The notes below the pieces were generated by a model. That model saw only the letters and a list, made by a program, of their open reading frames with translations, ran no database searches and was not told where the DNA came from. DNA of 64,000 nucleotides from Azolla caroliniana. Taxonomy: Eukaryota; Plantae; Polypodiophyta. The DNA is taken from positions 682,001 to 746,000 of the forward strand of contig JBHGNT010000010.1 of NCBI GenBank assembly GCA_043228905.1. The letters run 5' to 3'. Every line of letters starts with the position of its first letter. Positions within the stretch are counted from its first letter, which is position 1. Positions 1 through 13,433 of the stretch are shown here, in pieces. Position numbers and translations under genes: made by a program.

Positions 1-1170
1 TTATAGGGGCTGGTCCCATCTCTGCCTAGATTATATCGTGGGGCACCGATGCTTTGCTCCTTATCGTGAGGGCAATCATTGAAACTAAAGGTAAGATTCG
101 GTCCCCATGTTTTCTACTTCATAGAGAAGAGTTGGTGTCATGAGTGTATCAAATAAATATAATTTAGTTCATGGCTCTTGGAAATGCAAATGTGCACATT
201 GTCTTTCGAGAGCACCGAAGGGCTGCATATCCACGCAAAAGTTAGGCACACACAGCATCCCATACGGAGAACCTGGGCCATGTAAATGTTACTCCAGGTA
301 TGTCTAAGAGCGTGTGCATGCCAACTTTTCCTCTTTGAAGAAGTATTCTGGTTCTGATCTTGTTACCCATGCTTGAGAGGTGTTAAACACCATAACTTTA
401 GTTTTATCCATGTTTATCGACAAAACATTGTCTGTACAACATAGTTTAAAGGCATTTAGATGTCTTTGTGGTCCCTCCAAAGAGTTGAAAATCTGCACAA
501 TATCCTCGGCCTGTAGTAATATTTGTATAGCTATACCCGCTAGGCATGCTCCCGAACCCTTGAATCTCTATGTAATGTGATGCCTCATCTATATAGAGAC
601 CAAAGAGAGTGGGCGATAGTGGGCATCCTTCTTTTAGTCTGATTGCACTAGCCACTGCCTCTAAAAAACCTTTCGGAGACCTAGCTTTTCCTGACACAGA
701 TTCATACAGTGCATAGATTCCCAATTGCATATTTGTAGGGCCACCAAGGACTTCTAGGCGTTGCATAAACAGAGGACGCAGCAGTGTCAAAGGCTTTTCG
801 GAAATCCACAAAGCAGCAATAAATCCTCTTATCATTGGCTCTGCCCTCCTCAATGAGGGCTCAGAGGATCAATATGTGATCCAAAGTTGTGAACCTCTTC
901 CAAAAGCTTGCCTGTCCTGCTGAACGGCAGCCATTTCACTCTACCCATATATTCAATTCTGACTTTAGGATTGAGCAATATAGTTTAGCCAAGCAATGGC
1001 CAATCATGATTGTCCCATAGTTGCTTGGCATCATGCGGTCTCCACATGGTATGTTCTGTCCTTCTAGTAGGGAAACCTTCACACATAGCTCTACTAAAGA
1101 TGTCTACTAGCAATGGGAGCAAGATGTCATAAGCATAGATAAAGTGTTCACCACCCAATCCATCATGAAA
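1..1170 (-). mobile_element. Degenerate non-LTR retrotransposon (LINE, RTE/L2-like) reverse-transcriptase fragment, inside the AHP first intron; continues past the window edge
   Basis: Minus-strand translations across frameshifts give RT motifs: CCFVDFRKAFDT, RLKEGCPLSPTLFGLYIDE (GVKQG-PLSP motif), LSINMDKTKVMVFN, LFDTLMTPTLLYEVETWGPN. Boundaries approximate. Confidence 0.85.
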
Positions 1171-2599
1171 TCAACATATTTTGTATACATGTCCACATTC
1201 CACATTGATAAAATAATGCAAGAATTATTGTACCCAAGGTATCAAAACCTTTGACTTATACTTCACACCACTTCTATTCTAACTACTCAATTTATGGTGA
1301 TGTGCTTGTAATCTTACTCGTTGCTGAATCACACAAGAATCAAAATCGAAAGTTATATATAGGGGTTATTGTCACTTGACATCAATAAAATGTGGTATTA
1401 AGAGAATGCAAACAAGGCGGTGTTTCCCTAAACTCGGGTGCAGGCAGAATACTTGTGTGCTAATGTAGAGTTAAAAATAAGCAAGGAACATCAATAATGG
1501 CATCCTAAATAAAGTGGCAATAGTTATGTCCATAACAACCATGCCACAACCTGAAGTAAATGACTATCACATTAACTCAAAGAAAATATACCATCCCATT
1601 AATGTGCATGATTCACAACTACCTCCACAATCTGAAGCAGATGTACAGTCAACAAAAATATTCAATCATATTAAAGGTACAGGATTCACACGTACATATC
1701 CCATGCATGGCACAATGAAACGGTGTAGGAGATGGATGGATGTTGAAAATTGTTTCCTTTTTTCTTGGCCAATGACATTTAACACAATGCCATGCCCATG
1801 CAGAAAGAAACAAGAATGGTTGAGATGGTTACACCTTAGTCTCTGAATCTCAAGCAGGCATATAACATCATTTCAATGCCTTAGATGGTTTTTCTGGATA
1901 ATTGACAGTGATCCTGGGAAAGAATAAGGCCATGATCTTCCATATATTCATGCCATTTTACCAACGAGTTGTCTTCACCCTGTGATGAGCACAAGTTGAA
2001 GTAGTGAATTCCTATGTCATCTAGGAGTTACATTCACAAGCATCAGTGGGCGCTTCACAATGATCCAAGCTGCCAAGAAATTAAATTACTCAAGACTATG
2101 CAGTTTTGGCCATCCTACAGTGTCAATGCCACCAGGGAGCTCATACCAGAGTATGGTTATTCAATACCATGGTCGCCCTGCAGACATATGGATGCCAGGG
2201 CTCCCCATCTAGACGTGGCCACAAATAGTGAATCCACTAGTTATGCTGCTGTCACTGAAGATATGGGACAAAGCCACCACCCCACATGAGATCATCTGAC
2301 CTGAATTGGCTGGCACTGGATAGTGAACCTCACCAACCGGATCTGAACCATGCTACCCATGGGAGAGATCTACAAACTCTCTGGTGGAGAGGATCCACAA
2401 CGACCTCTGGAGAATTGACACATTTCTTGATTGGAACTATGGCTACAGCTTTTGAATGTCCTACCCATATAGAGAGGTTGTATTCAAGTTTGTTGTCTCA
2501 GAACGTTTGGTATGATGTTGAGCTCATAGAGAACCCTGGGCCTCAACACCCACGGGATAGACTCACATTGTCTTTTGTCATCTCATTTCTAGGGAGAAG

Positions 2600-3370
2600 A
2601 GGGTTTTTCTAGTTCAGTTGGAGGGATATGTACCAGTAGTTATGTGGTGAAGGTTCCAAAGATAGAAGTGTTACGTTGGCAGGTACTTGGATACCTATTC
2701 TGTTATATGCAAATGATATTGTACTCATCGCAGATTCTCTAGAGAGTATAAAGAGACACTTGGATACCTATGTTCTTTTGCACAAGATAGCGGACTCTCA
2801 ATGATCCCTGGAAAATTCAAGGTGATGTTTAACACTGCGTGCCATTTGATGAGGAGGTTCATGCCTTATCATGTATGGACGAGATGGGGTGGATTATGTA
2901 GACTCATATATGTACCTTGATTTAGTGTTCATGGACCTATGTTCTCCATAAGAGGAGTTGCATATGCTTGAATAACTATGAGGTATGCAGCACTATGTGG
3001 CTAAAGAGGATGTGTTCACATACTCGATTCCAAGGTCCCTGCACTATGTTGTTATTATTTGATACCCTCATTGCCTCTGCAATTCTATATGAAGTGCAGA
3101 ATTGGGATATGTTGTCATTATTTGATACCCTCGTTACCTCTACAATTCTATATGAAGTGCAGAATTGGGAGCCCAATTTGGACCGTTGTTGCAGATCTGG
3201 AGGCATCTCTAATGAGTGCAGATCTATGAAGAGACCTCTGATATCCATGATCTCGAGATGATTCAGAATAAAGTTTCTATCAGCAACCCATGATATTATT
3301 AGGGCTGAGATGGCTGCACCACTGACAGTAATAGAGGCTCTCATCAGATAAATTTCTGCAGCATAAGTAA
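2600..3370 (+). mobile_element. Degenerate LINE RT fragment (same family as 1-1170, opposite orientation)
   Basis: LLYANDIVLIADSLESIKRHLDT (decayed YADD box) near 2700; LFDTLVTSTILYEVQNWEPNL and HDIIRAEMAAP downstream; several stops and frameshifts. Confidence 0.8.
3045..3170. repeat. 63-bp tandem duplication (2 diverged copies) within the LINE fragment
   Basis: tatgttgttattatttgataccctc...gcagaattggga at 3045-3107 is repeated at 3108-3170. Confidence 0.9.
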
Positions 3371-3873
3371 CTAGGTTGGCTTTGGATTCCTCCAGACAAT
3401 TGACAAGTGAGGGTGACACGTTCGTAAGTATAAATGAGGCTGGGGTTTGAGGACTTCCATGGTTTTCGCACAGACAGACTAACCTCTCTTAAAAGTATTC
3501 TTTCGATGCACCATCTCTCCCAGCGAAGTCATCAGTCGACTCATGGTCCTATATCATTATACATTGATAACCGCCTAGTTATTTTGGGCAGCTACCTAAT
3601 CCAGGTGCAATTTTGATGTTGCTTTATTATACTAGACTTCTTGTAAAAATATTCACACTAATGGATGTAACTTTTGGTCTCATAGGTTCCTTCCTTCCGC
3701 CTTTTGAGGGCGTTACGTTAGTTATTAACATTACCATACACGCAGCACATTTGGGCGTTTTGTTTTCTAAGAGAGCTCATGGATCGAAAGTATTGAGCCG
3801 CATGTGAGAAACTCCAAATTAAATGCATACAAAGAAAGGGAGAGATGGAGAGGAATCAAAAGTAAGGACTTGC

Positions 3874-3933
3874 CTCTTGGAACATGGAGTTTGTGAGGTC
3901 TATGAATTTCTGCTGCAACCTGCTCAGTTCCAT
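3874..3933 (-). CDS. AHP: Histidine-containing phosphotransfer protein (AHP/HPt, cytokinin two-component relay), first coding exon only; remaining exons expected left of the window
   Basis: ATG at 3933 reads MELSRLQQKFIDLTNSMFQE, resembling the AHP N-terminus (cf. AHP1 MDLVQKQKSLQDYTKSLFLE|G). It ends at the conserved phase-0 intron position with donor GAG|GCAAGT. No exon 2 (GxLDxQF) was found in 1-3873. The call rests on only 20 aa. Confidence 0.7.
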
Positions 3934-4639
3934 GCTTGCAACCAGAGAATTGGATGAACCCACCCAGGGTGCGGTGTCACGGTGCCAGGAGAGGTGCAAT
4001 ATGATGGAAGATGAGGATGATGGTGGTTATAGAAACAAAAAGGGGATGTCCAGCTATGTAGTAACTCCAGAATACACACACAGATACATATATCTGTTCT
4101 TCACTGCAACCGGTCGCTTCCTCTGGTCATCACTCCATGCGTTCGTTCACTTCTGCACTTTTGTCGACAGGAAACTCGAGAGACAGAGACAGGGAGAGGG
4201 CACCGCCGCTGCTGCTCTGCTTTCTGCTCTTCGCAATCAAGACGATGAATTCTTCGCGCGCCTGAAAAAAGCAAAAGCAAAAGCAAAAGAAGCAGCAGCA
4301 GTCATTGATAGGAAGCAGCAATGCAACCTAAATAAAGTTTTACATACTTAAAATGGAGAGGAATTCCTTAAAACTTGACACCTCTCCCCTCTCCACACCA
4401 TTTTTAGAATAGCAACATAGTGTGTCGGTACATACTACTAATCAAGATGTTCTTCTCTGTCATTAATCCATAAAAAATGAAAAAAAACTCTATAAATAAA
4501 AAAACTCCTCTCGTATTATGTTGGTTGATTCATTGTATATTCCTATTGCTAATACATGCACGTATTTTGTCTTTGTACGTGATTCTCTCTCTAAAGAAAA
4601 ACGTATATATAAGTTTCAGCCTTGTCTCAGCAAGTTCCA

Positions 4640-5340
4640 TGATCCAAAAGACACATAAAAACAAATTTGTGTGTTCCAGTTTGATGCAAGATATAGAAAA
4701 ATGGTTTGGTAGATGGGATACAAGACACTTGCTTCACGATGGATCACTAGATTCCTCTCTAAATGAGGCCTTTTTGCAACGCCAATGTATCATGACATGG
4801 GACAAATGCGGAGCAGTTTGATGCAAGATATAAAAAAATGGTTTGGTAGATGGGATACAAGACACTTGCTTCATGATGGATCACTAGATTCCTCTCTAAA
4901 TGAGGCCTTTTTGCAACGCCAATGTATCATGACATGGGACAAATGCGGAGGCTCACGCTTCACACATTATACTACACATGTTGCACCTAACTACAAAACC
5001 ATATTCTTCGCCAAACGGGGAAACCGTACACATCGATACATGTTAGAGCCCATCCCATTATCTGCCATTCGAACCATTGTTTCCATGTGACTTAGATCAC
5101 ATGCATTGCGATGTGAGACGGGGCGTTGGGGCACAAGTGATGAGTGTGGTCGACCATGTACACTTTGCCCTAAACAAGTTGGAGGGTCTGAGTATCACAC
5201 TTTGATACAATTCTCTGCCTTTCATCATATACGACCATGGTTTCCACACATCTTCGACCAAGCCCAATCCTTGCATGAATTTCTCTGACAACCACAATGT
5301 GTACTCTCGATTGCAAACATTCATTGGTAAAGTTCTTGAA
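4640..5340 (+). mobile_element. LINE ORF2 C-terminal fragment (Cys/His-containing end region)
   Basis: SHALRCETGRWG...RPCTLCPKQV...EYHTLIQFSAFHHIR, typical of the RTE/L2-like ORF2 C-terminus; in-frame stops present. Confidence 0.7.
4677..4950. repeat. 137-bp near-perfect tandem duplication
   Basis: cagtttgatgcaagata...gacaaatgcggag at 4677-4813 and 4814-4950, about 2 mismatches. Confidence 0.95.
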
Positions 5341-5649
5341 CATCAAGGGTCGCTACTCATATTTGACCTCTGAAGACGATAATATAATCTATCTATCTCA
5401 GTGTAAATCTATGTTTGTATTAAAACAATATGATAATACAACCCATGTTATCGCAATTAATTCATTAGTGGCAATATGGCAAGGCAAACCCTCTAAAGTG
5501 TTGTAATACTATATGACATAAATCTATCTCTTATTGGGACAATGTCCCCAATGCCCATACAACATATTTGCAAAAATTGTCAAATCAACTTTCCTTTCAA
5601 CCTACAAAGTTGTTGTCGTAGCCCATGAAGTTCATCAAACAAGAACCCA

Positions 5650-6450
5650 TTTCTCATGCACTAGTTATACCACATACCCTGATACCTAAGGTAGTCAAAC
5701 ACCACGCGATATGATGAGTATTAGGCCTTGTGGGGGATAAAGAAGTTCGTAGAGGAAAGGGAAATGGGTGAAGATTATCAAGGCAGGAGAAGGAGGGGAA
5801 GATGTTGAGGGTGATTTTCAATGGGAGGGTTAGGGGTGGGTGGTGTAGTGAAGGTAGGGATGGGGTGATTGATGTGGGGGGTAAAGGGAGTATGTGAGGA
5901 GGTTGGTTCAAGTTTCATGTGTTAGTGAGCTGTCAAAATTGGGGATTGGTGGTGGAAAGTTGAATGGAGAGGAGAAGTTGAAACAATATCAGGTGGCGAG
6001 GGGTTGTTGGGGGTGCTTAGAAAGGGATCACAATAGGTGGGTTGACATAGACCATTGTGGCTTGAATGTTGATGGTGGCACTAACATGATAAGATTGACC
6101 AATGAAAGAGAATGGTTGAGGTCTTTGCGGGGGCAAGGTGATTGGACGACTCCATGGGTAACACCGAGGGAGGAGGTAGTAGATAAGATTCAAGTGGATG
6201 TGTGATTTATCATTCACGAACCCTTGTAGGTTGGGAGGTTATTGTGCCAAGCGTCCAAAAAGTGAAGATGTCAATGGAGTTCAACCCATAAGGAGTCGGT
6301 GAGCAGATTCAACAAAAAGTTACGAGAGGATTGGCGAGGAGGTAGTGCGGTGATGAGAAGGTGAGGAGTGATATATTAGAGAAGAGGTGATACAAGGTGT
6401 GGTTGAGGAACGATGGGCTAGGTAGTAGTGGTCATTGTTGTCGGCAATGA
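5650..6450 (-). mobile_element. Possible highly degraded LINE (endonuclease-region) remnant
   Basis: Strong strand bias and broken minus-strand frames (e.g. PTYKG...SHIHLNLIYY) loosely resembling the end of an APE endonuclease; weak. Confidence 0.25.
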
Positions 6451-7183
6451 TTGTGTCGAGGATGTTGGTGGTGTTTGTTATTTTTTAAAATTTATGTTTT
6501 AGTTACTAGCACGAGATTATTAGTATGCTTATTTATAGCAGCAATATGTGAAGTATGATTATTAGGAGTATATGTGAAGTATGATTATTATTTCCTAATA
6601 GTATAGTCATTACATGGTTATACCTTAAGACAGGTTAATTACAATAGTTAGGAATGTCAATAAATAAGACATGAGCTATGCAAATTTCAAGGCTTTAATA
6701 ACTACCAATTTCTCTTGAAGGAGAAAGTAAGGCAACCCAAATGGTTAAGTCAAAAGCCTAAGTTTGATAATCAATGACTTCTATTAGCTTTACTAATCTA
6801 GACACACAATGTACATGATTACAAGTATTGATTAGAGTGATTGGGTACCCGCCACCCTATGGCCTTTGATTTGGTGTTTTGTTAATTATAGTCTAAATGT
6901 TCGTTATGGCATGATTAGTGGCCTCAACTTCATCGACCCCCCTATTTACATAGATATTGTACGTTGTTTCGAAAACACAAGCATATATGTGTACAGTGTA
7001 CATATGTACATATCCTTTATTATTATGTATGTGCTTACATACATAATAATAAAGGATATGTACATATGTACACATATATGTATGTATATGTATGACAGGC
7101 ATCAGAGATAGTGGCGAAAGGAAACGGAAGGGTAGAGCTAGAGCTGGGCTTTCTGTCGTTGCAGAAGATAGATAGATAGATAG

Positions 7184-10100
7184 ATGAGGATGGCCTGGTT
7201 ATCGCCTAAGGTAGTAATCTCTTCTTTGCTTGGCATTGTCTTTACTTTGCCTCTTCCTCAGAACATATAGGCCCACTAGAGCACCACTGATCTAATCATC
7301 GGATTATGGTTCGTTGGTTGCTGATGATGAATAGGAGAAGCAGAAGGAGAAGCAGACTGCCTGGCTCTCGTCTGGGTTCCGTCCAGAGAATCTGATCCCG
7401 GGTCTGATCCTGGGGTTCTTTCTAGGCCTTTTTGTTGAGCTACCTAAACGCCTTAATGCAAGGCCACCAAACAATGCTGCCCGCAAGGCCAAGCGGGATA
7501 ACTGTGCTGTTCTTTCATCATCATCATCATCGACCACCACTGAAGAACTCAAAATGGTAGGCGAAAGGATTGGGTGTTCCCTAACCTAATCTTATATTTT
7601 CTCAAACATTTAATGTACTGTCAGAGATAGTTTTCCAGAAGATGAAGTTGAGTATCTAGTCATACAAAAGCTGCTTGGACTATTTTTAGATAAAGTTACC
7701 GTCTTTATTTGTGTTAATTGTGTTGTTTTGCTGTCTCTCTATGGCACTTTTAGAGGAAGCAATTCTTTTGGTGATAGCTACTTTATTTGCTTCACGTAAC
7801 AGGATTCAAAAGGATTTGAAATTTCTATGCATGTGTTAATCACCTACTGTACATCAAGGCCAACAGAAACATCATTTCATACTTTGTATTATGTGGAGCC
7901 TAGGGTTAAGTGCGATAATGTGTCTACATTGGTGGTTTTCTACCTCATAGAAGAATGTTTGAGATAAAGAAAATGTTTGAGGTGATTATTGTGATGTGTG
8001 CTGCCTTCACTGTACAGGCAATCAACACGTGTGATGAACTTGTTATTCAATGATAATAGCATGTTTAAAATGACTTTGATTTTACGCTGCATGGAAATAT
8101 GGATTCCAAATGCGTTGGAAGCTTACATGATTAGAAAAGATCAGATGGTCATAGGTGAAGTAACAGACACAGATCAAAGTTCCGTGAGTGTGGGGCTATC
8201 TTCCTGCGAGAAATTATTGATGGAACATTAGGTAAGAGCCATATGAAAATTGATGTAATTCTCAATATGAGAATGTTAGATCTTGGAGTCAAATTTGATC
8301 CTCCTCTCTGGGTTATCTTCACTCTGATTACGAAAGAATTGGCTATTATAGCATCACATAAGTATAATTGTTCCAACCCATTCTAGCTGAACTATTATGG
8401 CATCTTAAGGATAACTACTTGAATCTAGAGCATGTCTTTTACATGATCCTCCACTGTGTTTGCTGGTAGAAGAGCTCTACAATGAATCAAACATCGATTA
8501 TTAGTTATCCAGGAATTGATCTATTGGTATGGAATTGCATGCGATAGAACTGTGAGCATAGAAGCTTATATTATCGGCCCTGTTTGGGTCGATGCAGTGA
8601 GTTTGAGCTGGAATATGCCGATCTGTTGTGTATTATCCTCTGATCTCCTAAGACTCTAAAGATAACAAGACCAAGATTGTTACCCAATGGTTACAATCAT
8701 GTGTGATATGTCTAGGAGGGGTGCAAAGGCCCCTTGAGTGGCATTCTACCCAAAGATGGTGCTCAGAACTCTTACCCCTGCCTCTCACTGCACTACTTGC
8801 TCTTAACTAGATATTGATCATAGGAATATAAAATTGCTTCCTGTCTGGGAATCGCTATTCTTCAGGGTTACGTTGCCCAACAAATTAGATAATGCGTGAT
8901 TTCAGTAGCAGCTAAGGCCGCAGATCGAAATGGGAGTATATTGGTTAACATGATATTACACAAAATGCTTGGGAATAACTTAGATTATGAGAATATTTAA
9001 TCTCAAAATGATTTATAATCTTGTTCAATCTTTGTGAATAATTACTATAAAATTCTGTCATGCTGCCCTTCAGGTGACTTTTACACACAGTTGGCAGGTT
9101 GTTGTTCCCCAGTAAGCTCTGGCTACATAGACGTTCGTCAATTGAACAACAATCATTGTCATCCTATTCTTGTACTATGCCTACTTAAGGAGTATTTATT
9201 ATTCCTTTTTTTGCACCTTATATTACAGTGTATGGTTTTCCGGCCATGTACACACCACCAAATGGCCAATGCATGGTACGCCTATGGGACATCAGAATCC
9301 CCGAACGATCCCAGGTGACATTGGGGCAGTGGAGGGTAGGGGGCTAAATGGCAGGGGGGCGGGGTGAGAACTTGGCATTAGCCAGGATGACTTCATCTTC
9401 TACAAATGTATCTGGTGATGGAGGAGTTTTGGCAAGCTTGATGATCAGGGGTGAGATTTATGGCTGCGGGAGGAGTTATTAAAGCAGCACCTGAAGCTTC
9501 GTTGGGTGTGGCCAAAGGGAGAATACCAAGGGTGGAGCATTGATGTAGCTGGTGCTGTTTTGGTCCCATCTGAACACAAGACAACAAACCTCACTCGTCA
9601 CGCCCACCGCCAGTTTGTGATATGCCTAAACTATCCTAGCATGTATCTCTGCTACTGTCTTGGCATCCAGGAAGTATGTTTCTTTACTTTGTTGGAGTTG
9701 AGCATTTTGATCACCCAGATAAGGTGAAGGTTGACCAAAATTATTGTCCATTCCTACCGCAGTGCTTCTGCTCCAGCATGAAGCTGCTTGGCCATCTGAT
9801 GCATCGAACTAAAGCTGCGTTGAATCTTGTAGGATTTGGGGCGGGAGATGGTCCCTGCTGGAGGTTCATAATGGTTGAGTCTAATTATGCTCCCCAGCTC
9901 CTGCTTTTGTGAGAACAGAAGCTGGTACCCACGCTTCTCCGACCATTGTACAGATTGCGGCAGCTTTGAACTGACCACACAGATGTGTGTGATGGTGCAA
10001 AGCAGAAGGGTGGTTTGGGCATGAGCTGCTCAGTTGCATTAATAATGGCTTGAGAGATGGCTAGCGTCTCACTGATGGTGGTTTTGAGCTCCATGTTTTC

Positions 10101-13100
10101 CTGGTGTAAGCTCCATGCACTCTCCTCAACAGCCATAGCCCGGGCTGTCAGCACTTTTAGCTCAGGCCGGCTGTTCTTTAGTGCCCCTTCTGCTGTTGCT
10201 GCCTGAATGTAATAGTTGTTGTCCTGGATACCCAACTCCTGGGCTTCGGTGTGGAGTCTCTGTCGAAGCTTGTTACCGGTATTGATATCTTCCATGCCCA
10301 CTAGGTACATTGGCTGCAGTCTAGGTGTGACTTGAGTGTTAACACCCAGAGTTTGACTTTGTGCAGATGATGTACTTGTTTTGGGGTTCCTGTTCCATAT
10401 CAATGAGCTTCATGGACAGGGCTACAATTAATTGGAAGGTGAAAATAAATGTGCAGAAGCAACCACTTCTCTTTATGAAAGGAGAGTTCAATAACCGATA
10501 TCCTCTCTTGGAGGATATATTAGTCTACCAATCATTATATTTTCACTCATAATCAATTGATTAAAATTTTGCAATTGGCAAATTGATAATGGGGGGTGAA
10601 GAAGCATGATTGTTTTGGTTTCAATGTGAAGGTAGATGGAGCATGGTGGCAATAAGCATGCAGAAGCAACCCCATGATCTATATCTTCTCATGGAGAATC
10701 ACATGTCACTCTTACCACTTATTTTATTTTCTCTTGTGATTGGTCAAAATTTTCTGTCACTCTCTTTCTTTGTACATTCGTGTATCTGACCATTCTAGCT
10801 CGTGGCTATGTGGGTCTTACACTATGCCAAACATTGACAAAATCTGCGGTACGGTTTAAATTATGTTCTGAGAAGGAAGGGCAAACTTCACAGGATATCG
10901 GAGTTTGGAGGAGATCTGAACACAATCTAGAAGTGGGCCATAGGAGGAGGGATTCTCCACCAGCAAAAAGGTAGTGGCTGTAATGTAGCGTAAAAATGAA
11001 TTGTACAAATGAAAGTCTTGGTGTTTCTAAGACATGTTGAAGGAGGATATGCAACTGTAGTAACCAAGAATGGATTAAATACAAAGAACATGTCTGGAAT
11101 GCGACACTACTTATTGTTTTCTTAAAAATGTGCAACAATTAAAGTGTCTTAGAATTAAGATAATGAAAAGCATTTCATTGCATTATACCTTTGCAAGGAA
11201 TACAGTATGATAATAGCTATGTTGATTACAATACACTTCTATTATAGCTATTAGGATGACATTCTGTTTACTTCTTCATAACAGGTGTTTGTTGTTCGCC
11301 AAGATCTTAAGATGGGAAGTGGAAAAATAGCTTCGCAGTGCGCACGTAATTTATATGAATATCATTTTTTCCCTCATATCATTCTTATACAGCCTTGTTC
11401 ATCCGATTTTCTATTTAAATTGAGAACTATAGTATTGTCAAGAGCAAAGATTCTCTCTTTTACCTAACAATGTGTGTTGGTCTTTGCAGATGCAGCTGTT
11501 GGTATTTATGAGGAACTTTTGCAAAGGTTCTTTTTCATATTATAATGAGAAATTTCGAATAAATAAGAGAACAGTTTTACATAAAAAATGCAAGAACTGA
11601 GGGTATGTGAGATTGGAACTTGCATGGATACCATGAGAGAAATCCCTAAAGCTAGGAATCCTTGAAGTCTTGAGGACATGATAATGAGAAAATGAATCAT
11701 ATTTATATGACTCAAGTATAAAAACTTGCACAATCAGCTTTGAGCAAGAGAAACTACCAAGATCAGTTGTATTAAAATGTGCAAGACCTACTTGCAGAAA
11801 AATGGTCCTGATTGCTTTAGACATGACTTAACTTGAAAAACGGTGACCGCCTTTACCTTGACATGACCTGAGTCTGTTATTTTTAACGCACTATTTGACT
11901 AAACTGAGTTTTTAGATGTATTGATGAGACGAGCCAATTGTTGGTATTAGTCTCTAGTTAGGTTTGATAGTCATCATATGCATGTCACAGGCCTTAAAAG
12001 TTTGTGGGACTATTGGGGTTACTCCCAGCTGATCTCAAATGACTACCTCTAGTTCTAATATCATGCCGGTGAACAAATAATTCACTAGTGATGTTTGAGT
12101 TTTGGTGAATCTCTGTATTGTTGAGGCGTCCATGGTTTATACAAAAGCCTAGTGTATAATTGGTTCAAAAGAAGTGAAGTTTTAAGGTAAAGCCTTGAGA
12201 TTGTCAATGCCAAGGATGTATTGCCTTTCTAGACAACTTCCATTCCCTTCCGTGCAGTTAGCGTGATTAATTACTGTGAAATAATTTCAACTTAGGTTTC
12301 TTGAGTTAGAGTACTGCAGGAAGCTTGCACTATGCTGACATCTCTTAGGAGGTGGATATTTACTACATATTATATGAGAAGCTCATTGCTTCAACTTATG
12401 TGAGACCATCTAGCATGTTGTGGATCTACATCGACAGTGGTTAATACATCCCAAGAGGATGAGAACTTATATTCATTTGCCTATGCTCAGAAAGAAAATC
12501 ATTTGGGGAGGATAATGAGAAGATGAATGACTCTGAGCATGATGGTGACCATCAGTTAGATTGATGATTGGTCATGAGACAGCCTTTTGGAAAAATTTAG
12601 AATATGCAACATTAAAGGGGTCAAATTATTGACTATTCACATTGTTAATGATCATTATATGTTTTTGGCTTATTGATTACAAGCCTATGAAAGCTTCTGT
12701 GTGGATGTGCCAGTCTTTCTTATGTTGCGACTTAATTTCAGCATGTATTCTATGATATAATATTGTGATTTAAGCACTCAATAAGTTATTTCAACATTTT
12801 TTTGCTCCATATGACCTCTATCAATAAGAGAAATTTATTATCTTCACTGGCAGTCAAAGACAGCTCCTGTACAAGTGGGAACAATGTGGACAACCTAAGA
12901 TTGTTGTTACATGTAAAAACCAATCAGAGATGTAAGGTCCTTAATTAGCTGAATTTAGTTTGATTAAATCTACTATATCTTATATGTGCCTGCAGGAATG
13001 ATTTAAGAGCAAGGTCACAAAAGGCTGGTCTGCCAACATTTACTGTTGCAGATGCCGGTCGTACACAGGTTTATATGGCTAAGTCTACATAAATTTGATA

Positions 13101-13433
13101 TTCAAATGAATCTATTTATGCTAATATTTTGTCAACAATTCTTTTGATAAGGTTGCAGCAGGGTCAAAAACTGTCTTGGTTGTTGGTCCAGGTTGGTATC
13201 AAGAATGTCTCTTTCAAATTCATATTTACTGTTATTGTAAAGTGGTACAAGTTTCTTGTGTGAATTGGGGATACATGACATAGATGAGCCCTAATTAATT
13301 TTCAGTCTTTTAGTGAATGCCTGTTCTCTATTGAAAAAGTGTGTAATTCAGTTGCTTTGTGCCTTTAATAATTATGGTTGCAGGTTCCAAGTCATCGGTA
13401 GATGCAGTAACTCGTCATCTGCGACTTCTATGA
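7184..13433 (+). CDS. PTH2: Peptidyl-tRNA hydrolase 2 (PTH2 family), 8 exons: 7184-7210, 7335-7556, 11285-11345, 11490-11526, 12854-12931, 12996-13068, 13152-13191, 13384-13433
   Basis: Spliced product: MRMAWLSPK-EKQKEKQTAWLSSGFRPENLIPGLILGFFLGLFVE (TM segment)...[30 protein letters not shown]...WEQCGQPKIVVTC...VADAGRTQVAAGSKTVLVVGPG...VTRHLRLL*. All introns are GT-AG and phase-compatible. The first exon and start codon are less certain. Confidence 0.93.
9300..10420 (-). mobile_element. Probable LINE ORF1 (gag-like) remnant in PTH2 intron 2
   Basis: 172-aa minus ORF with coiled-coil character (9885-10403), followed by broken frames containing a decayed zinc-knuckle-like FGHTQRS near 9495-9515; GC content higher than the flanking intron. 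Confidence 0.4.

Noticed and set aside
3884-4351. 155-aa plus-strand ORF
   Set aside because: Antisense shadow of the AHP first exon and its 5' UTR; no recognisable domain, low-complexity content.
10798-10970. Possible alternative PTH2 exon (AG...AAG|GTAGTG)
   Set aside because: The frame compatible with the next exon contains a TAG, and there is no PTH2 similarity.
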